Source: Nitrosopumilus sp. (GTDB taxonomy: Archaea > Thermoproteota > Nitrososphaeria > Nitrososphaerales > Nitrosopumilaceae). Taken from it: DNA of 64,000 nt. Position numbers and translations under genes: made by a program. The stretch's first letter is position 1, and the number at the start of each line of letters is the position of its first letter. The stretch lies in contig OZ243974.1 of NCBI GenBank assembly GCA_965214775.1, positions 96,001-160,000 of the forward strand, given 5' to 3'. The notes beneath the pieces were generated by a model, which was not told the DNA's origin, did not search any database, and saw only the letters and a program-made list of their open reading frames with translations. This document shows positions 59,240-64,000 of this stretch, piece by piece.

Positions 59240-61411
59240 TTGGCTCGCAAAGAAGAACCTTTGCAAATGAGAATCGGGGAGGCAAAGCAGCGCGACGTAG
59301 GCAAAAAGCGTGCCAGGATTGGTCCTGAGGCAATGGACTTTCTCAAAGTCACTCCAGGAGACGCCATTGAGGTAACGGGTTCAAGATCAAGCTGTGCAGT
59401 CGTATGGCCAGTAGACGAAGACGAGAAATTTCCAGACATCATCAGGGTTGACGGCCAAACAAGAAAAAATGTCGGTGCGTCGTTAAATGACATTGTAAAG
59501 ATTAGAAAGATAGCTTCAAAAATTGCAAAGACAGTCGCGTTAACTCCCGTAAATGATTCGGTTACTGTGGATAAGGAATTTACGGATTTTGTGAAAAACA
59601 GACTGAAAGGGCTGCCAATTACTCACGGCGATGAGATTTCTGTAATGATTTTAGGCAATTCAATGGACTTTAAAATTACAAAAACGACCCCCAAAGGAGT
59701 GGTAAAGATTGACCGCTCCACAAATTTGAATATATCAACTGAGAGTGCAGTTGATAGAAAAGTCAGAGTGACCTACGAAGAAGTCGGGGGCCTTGGACAC
59801 GAAGTCAAGGCAATGAGGGAAATCGTAGAACTTCCGCTAAAACACCCGGAATTGTTTGCAAGGCTGGGAATTGAACCGCATAGTGGAATTTTGCTTTACG
59901 GCCCCCCGGGATGCGGAAAGACGCTGCTTGCAAAAGTCATGGCAAGCGAATCAGAGGCCAACATGTTTTCAATTAACGGCCCGGAAATCATGAACAAGTA
60001 TTATGGCGAGACAGAAGCCAAGCTCAGAGACATCTTCAAAGAGGCCAAGGACAACTCCCCAAGCATAATTTTCATAGACGAGATTGACGCGATTGCCCCA
60101 AAAAGAGAGGAGGCATACGGGGATGTGGAAAAAAGGGTTGTCGCACAACTGCTTGCTTTGATGGACGGATTGACCGACAGAGGAAACGTCATCGTCCTTG
60201 GGGCAACAAACAGGCCAGACAGCGTAGATCCTGCATTAAGGAGGCCAGGCAGATTCGACAGGGAATTTGAGATCTCAGTGCCAAATGAAGACGGAAGGCT
60301 GGAAATCCTACTGATCCACACAAGAGGGATGCCAGTCAGCGACGAGATTGACCTGAAAGATTTAGCTTCGGAGCTGCACGGATATACGGGTGCAGACATC
60401 AAGTCGCTGTGCAGGGAAGCTGCAATGAAATCAATCCGCAGGTATCTGCCAGAAATTGATCTTGAAACCGAAAAGATTCCCTCCGAGGTACTGCAGTCAA
60501 TGCAGATCAAGCTGATTGACTTTTATGATGCGATGCACGAGGTCGTTCCGACTGCCATGAGGGAGTTTTACGTCGAAAGGCCAAAAGTCTGGTGGCAGGA
60601 TGTCGGAGGTCTTGAGGAGATCAAAGATGCGCTTGCCGATAATCTGATCATGGCCATGAGGGAGCCAAGCAAGTTCACCAAGATGGGAATCAAACCCCCC
60701 AGAGGCGCATTGATTTACGGCCCCCCGGGATGCGGAAAGACGCTGCTTGGAAGAGCCTTGGCCACAGAGACGGGCGCAAACATGATTCTTGTAAGGGGCC
60801 CGGAGATTCTTTCCAAATGGATAGGAGAATCCGAAAAAGCAATCAGGGAAATCTTTAGAAAAGCAAAGGCCTCATCGCCATGCGTTGTAATCTTTGACGA
60901 GTTAGACTCACTTGCACGAAGCAAGTCCGGAGAGGGCGGAGTTGGGGAAACAATACTTAGCCAGCTGCTAACTGAGATCGAGGAAGGGATTACAACATCT
61001 CGGGTGGCAGTCATCGGAATCACAAACAGGCCAGACATATTGGATAATTCGTTACTTAGAACCGGCCGTTTGGATTTGGTCCTGTATGTATCCCCGCCAG
61101 ACGAGAAGGGAAGGCTGGAGATCATTGAGATTCTAACAAGAAAGATGCCGCTAAGCAAGGATGTAAAATTGCAAGAGATTGCAGTTGCAACGCAAAACTA
61201 TACTGGTGCAGACCTGGCAGCACTGTGCAGGGAAGCTGCAGTTCATGCCATGAGGGATAAATCTGCAAGGATTACCAGTCAGGACTTTGCAAACAGCTTA
61301 AAGCAGGTAAGACCGTCAATTACCAAGGAAGTTGACCAATGGTACAACTCAGTTAAGGAAAGTATATCTAATGTAGTACCGCAATCAGGAGATAAGACGT
61401 TTTACGGATGA
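59240..61411 (+). CDS. cdc48: Cdc48/p97-family AAA+ ATPase
   Basis: Two GPPGCGKT Walker A motifs, two Walker B motifs, ALRRPGRFDRE. Confidence 0.96.
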   Translation: MARKEEPLQMRIGEAKQRDVGKKRARIGPEAMDFLKVTPGDAIEVTGSRSSCAVVWPVDEDEKFPDIIRVDGQTRKNVGASLNDIVKIRKIASKIAKTVALTPVNDSVTVDKEFTDFVKNRLKGLPITHGDEISVMILGNSMDFKITKTTPKGVVKIDRSTNLNISTESAVDRKVRVTYEEVGGLGHEVKAMREIVELPLKHPELFARLGIEPHSGILLYGPPGCGKTLLAKVMASESEANMFSINGPEIMNKYYGETEAKLRDIFKEAKDNSPSIIFIDEIDAIAPKREEAYGDVEKRVVAQLLALMDGLTDRGNVIVLGATNRPDSVDPALRRPGRFDREFEISVPNEDGRLEILLIHTRGMPVSDEIDLKDLASELHGYTGADIKSLCREAAMKSIRRYLPEIDLETEKIPSEVLQSMQIKLIDFYDAMHEVVPTAMREFYVERPKVWWQDVGGLEEIKDALADNLIMAMREPSKFTKMGIKPPRGALIYGPPGCGKTLLGRALATETGANMILVRGPEILSKWIGESEKAIREIFRKAKASSPCVVIFDELDSLARSKSGEGGVGETILSQLLTEIEEGITTSRVAVIGITNRPDILDNSLLRTGRLDLVLYVSPPDEKGRLEIIEILTRKMPLSKDVKLQEIAVATQNYTGADLAALCREAAVHAMRDKSARITSQDFANSLKQVRPSITKEVDQWYNSVKESISNVVPQSGDKTFYG

Positions 61412-61417
61412 TATGTC

Positions 61418-61714
61418 ATGGCAGTTCCAATCAGAAACAGAGTATTTGACAAGATAAAAGAGGCAGGGTCGCTGACGGATGCCGAGCTTTACAAGAGCCT
61501 CACAAAAGACGGCATGGTGCTGGCCGAAGACAAATTCAACAAAATCCTGCTTGATCTGGAGATTCTCGGTCTGATCAAGGTATCCTGGATTACAAAAGAC
61601 GAAAAAAGAATAGAGGTATTTGTTGTCAAGGAAGAGAAAGACGCCGTAGATGAAGAGAACAAGAAGATGGCAGAAAAGGATTACGAGGCAAGTTTTCCCG
61701 GGTTTGACAAGTAG
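61418..61714 (+). CDS. Conserved winged-helix-like hypothetical protein
   Basis: 98 aa with LLDLEILGLIKV; operonic with cdc48. Confidence 0.75.
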   Translation: MAVPIRNRVFDKIKEAGSLTDAELYKSLTKDGMVLAEDKFNKILLDLEILGLIKVSWITKDEKRIEVFVVKEEKDAVDEENKKMAEKDYEASFPGFDK

Positions 61715-61950
61715 TCCTTGGAATTAGCCAAAAATTTTCACCGGTTGTATGAGGTTGCCTGCCATCCCTCTCCCCATCCAATCAGGCACGAATTGTAACA
61801 GATCGGGCTCTGGAAGTTCAGGCGTGAATTTTGCCATCAAAAAAGACCATTCAAACATAATTTGTGCCTAAAATCATAAATCACTTCTAGAACCTATCTG
61901 TTACCCTGTTAGGCCCAATACAACAATTTTTAGTATGTAACCAGTAGCAA

Positions 61951-62625
61951 TCACCAAAACTGCCGTATATGATCATCACGATATATTCTCATTCTTTCAT
62001 AGAGTTTAGAATTCCTAAATACGATTACATTAAACTGAATAGAATTTTCTTTCTTAGTGGCAACCTCCATCGAGTCCTTGTATTCACTTATAATTCCCCC
62101 TATTCCTAATGCGTCTGCTATACTCTTTAAAATAGAATTAAGAAATTGATAAAATCTTTCCTTGGAAATTTTGAAATTACGTAATTTTGTTTGTACATAG
62201 CGATAAAATTTTTTTATGGGTTCAGGGAGAAAATTTACGCTTTTTATGTCATTTTTTTCTTCATGATCCGTATTTGAATGAAAGATCATTTCATTAAGTT
62301 TGATAAATGACTTTACGAATGCAATTTTTTTGGAGTGATAATCCTCTCGAATGATAGTATAGATTTTATATTTTCTTGCCAATTCAGAGTCGGAGAGGCC
62401 GTGACTTTTTAGATTGTGAGATTTCATGTGATCGAGTACAGATTTTTTCATTTTCTCAAATTCGAGGTTTATAATCTCCAAATTTTTTTGGAAACTAGGA
62501 ATTGTACTCTTTAGCTCAGAGGAAATAAAAAAATCCATAAAGTTATTTACAAAATCATGAAAATCATCGTTTGTGTTTGATAATATCTTGTTAAGCATTT
62601 GAGTATCATTATCTTTTAAACTCAT
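61951..62625 (-). CDS. Hypothetical protein (markedly AT-rich)
   Basis: 224-aa ORF downstream of the DUF1156 gene. Confidence 0.6.
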   Translation of the reverse strand: MSLKDNDTQMLNKILSNTNDDFHDFVNNFMDFFISSELKSTIPSFQKNLEIINLEFEKMKKSVLDHMKSHNLKSHGLSDSELARKYKIYTIIREDYHSKKIAFVKSFIKLNEMIFHSNTDHEEKNDIKSVNFLPEPIKKFYRYVQTKLRNFKISKERFYQFLNSILKSIADALGIGGIISEYKDSMEVATKKENSIQFNVIVFRNSKLYERMRIYRDDHIRQFW

Positions 62626-62818
62626 ATTTTTTCATAATTCCAACCAGATAATTAAAGGTAGATTTTATACAGTCTATGCAGATCAAAAAATCCGGCAGTT
62701 TTTACGTCATTTTTAGCAAGTGCACATAAAATCTGATGTAGTTTTTTGGAAAAAACACTAGTCTGAGAATTAGATCATTCCCAATATCTGCAACCCAGCA
62801 AAAATTCCCAAATTATGA

Positions 62819-64000
62819 TTAAAGCAGTCTGGTTTGACCTTGGTTTAAGCCGTGATTCATCTCGTCCATGATCTTGGCTTTGCCAGACAAAAAGCCATCC
62901 AGTAGTTTTGATTCGTCGCTGCCAGGGTTTGATTCGGAAATTGCCTGTGCCACCTTGTAGAACACCTCGGATCCACCAAGATCGTTTTTGTCAAGCTCCT
63001 CTAGCATCTCATCACGTTTGTTGTCCTTCCATAGCAACACAACTCTATGCAGCACGTCGATCCATTCGTGTGAGCTTATCTCATCCATATTACGCTCTGT
63101 TGGGCCCAAAACCTTGATGAATTCCTTGTCTTTTTTTATAAAGCCCTTGTTGTATTGCCGCTCTATGTCCACGCCCACGCTCTGGGCCATCTTCAAGGCA
63201 TCATCAAAGGGAACCTTTGCAATCCCATGAGCCCACCTCCACAACACATAGAATCTGGTCATCTGTGAGATCTTGTCACCAAAATCGCTGTGTAATACTT
63301 GGCTGATTGCAAAATCTGTTACCGTCTTGCGAACGTCGTCTAGGAGGCGTATTGTGGTAATTTGTACGCCGCTGTCATCCACAACCTTATCATATCTTCC
63401 AAAGATCTCAATTGATGCGCCTATTGCAGATATAAAAAAATCTGCACCGGATATTCCCTGCTCCCACAAATGATGCAGCTTCGCCTCTATATGCTTTAAC
63501 ATGTCCTTTTTCACGTCACGATAAAACCCAGTCTCTTCCTTTGGAATCTTTCTTGCCACCATGTATATCGAGGAGCTAAGTGCCGCGGTCTCTTTTGCAA
63601 CCATTCTTGCCTTCATCTCAGTATTGATTGGCCATGCGCCTGTTATGACCAATCCAGAGTCCAAGATTGAATTAATCAGTGTCTCCCACCCTTCCGTGGA
63701 TTTGTGGGCATAAACGATCACTGCAATGCCGTCTTTTTTCAACACGCGGTATATCTCTGCAAAGGATTTTGACAGTATTGACTCAAAGTCTTTTTTTGTC
63801 TTGATTGATTTTTTGGAATTTTCGACAAGTTTTTTGTCTATTCCACACACTAGTGGCAACGTCGCCACTGCCTCGTCTGATTTTGGCGTGAGCGGGGTTG
63901 AGAACAGTTCGGGATACAGATGCCCAACGCTTCGTTTCAGCCAGACATAGAAAAAATCAGATATGACAGAGTAGTGTATGTTATCATAGTATGGAGGATC
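62819..64000 (-). CDS. DUF1156-family adenine DNA methyltransferase (C-terminal part; gene runs off the window)
   Basis: Frame open from the edge: DPPYYDNI.YS..SDFFYVWLKR; RVLK.DG...VYAHK..EGWETL; WPI.TE. Confidence 0.88.
   Translation of the reverse strand, partial: DPPYYDNIHYSVISDFFYVWLKRSVGHLYPELFSTPLTPKSDEAVATLPLVCGIDKKLVENSKKSIKTKKDFESILSKSFAEIYRVLKKDGIAVIVYAHKSTEGWETLINSILDSGLVITGAWPINTEMKARMVAKETAALSSSIYMVARKIPKEETGFYRDVKKDMLKHIEAKLHHLWEQGISGADFFISAIGASIEIFGRYDKVVDDSGVQITTIRLLDDVRKTVTDFAISQVLHSDFGDKISQMTRFYVLWRWAHGIAKVPFDDALKMAQSVGVDIERQYNKGFIKKDKEFIKVLGPTERNMDEISSHEWIDVLHRVVLLWKDNKRDEMLEELDKNDLGGSEVFYKVAQAISESNPGSDESKLLDGFLSGKAKIMDEMNHGLNQGQTRLL

Noticed and set aside
8-63950. Numerous antisense and alternative-frame ORFs in the track
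   Set aside because: They are shadows of well-supported genes or MITE-derived frames with no protein motifs.

Overview
Chromosomal segment of an ammonia-oxidising archaeon, most likely Nitrosopumilaceae. This is inferred from class I lysS, rpl40e, sucCD, the MqnC/UbiD futalosine genes, a methylmalonyl-CoA mutase B12 subunit, EF-1beta/Cdc48, a cupredoxin and a BHB-intron tRNA. The housekeeping backbone is broken up by many IS elements and at least eight MITE families, including a multi-layer nest at 12.6-16.3 kb, which suggests a host-associated lineage with weak purifying selection. The standout is a 3,332-bp IS6-family cargo transposon (37208-40539) with perfect 30-bp terminal inverted repeats (TIRs) and an 8-bp target duplication (TSD). 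It carries a class II (long variable arm) tRNA with a UAU anticodon and G73, directly upstream of the transposase. It also carries a divergent AbrB-like regulator with palindromic operators, and an HNH nuclease plus a DNA methyltransferase that is frameshifted in a G10 tract. Other items of note are a DUF3800 gene followed by a candidate structured RNA, a MITE that rewrites the cysS C-terminus, a cupredoxin with three 79-aa His/Glu repeats, and a DUF1156 methyltransferase at the right edge. All calls come from reading the sequence; no database searches were run.
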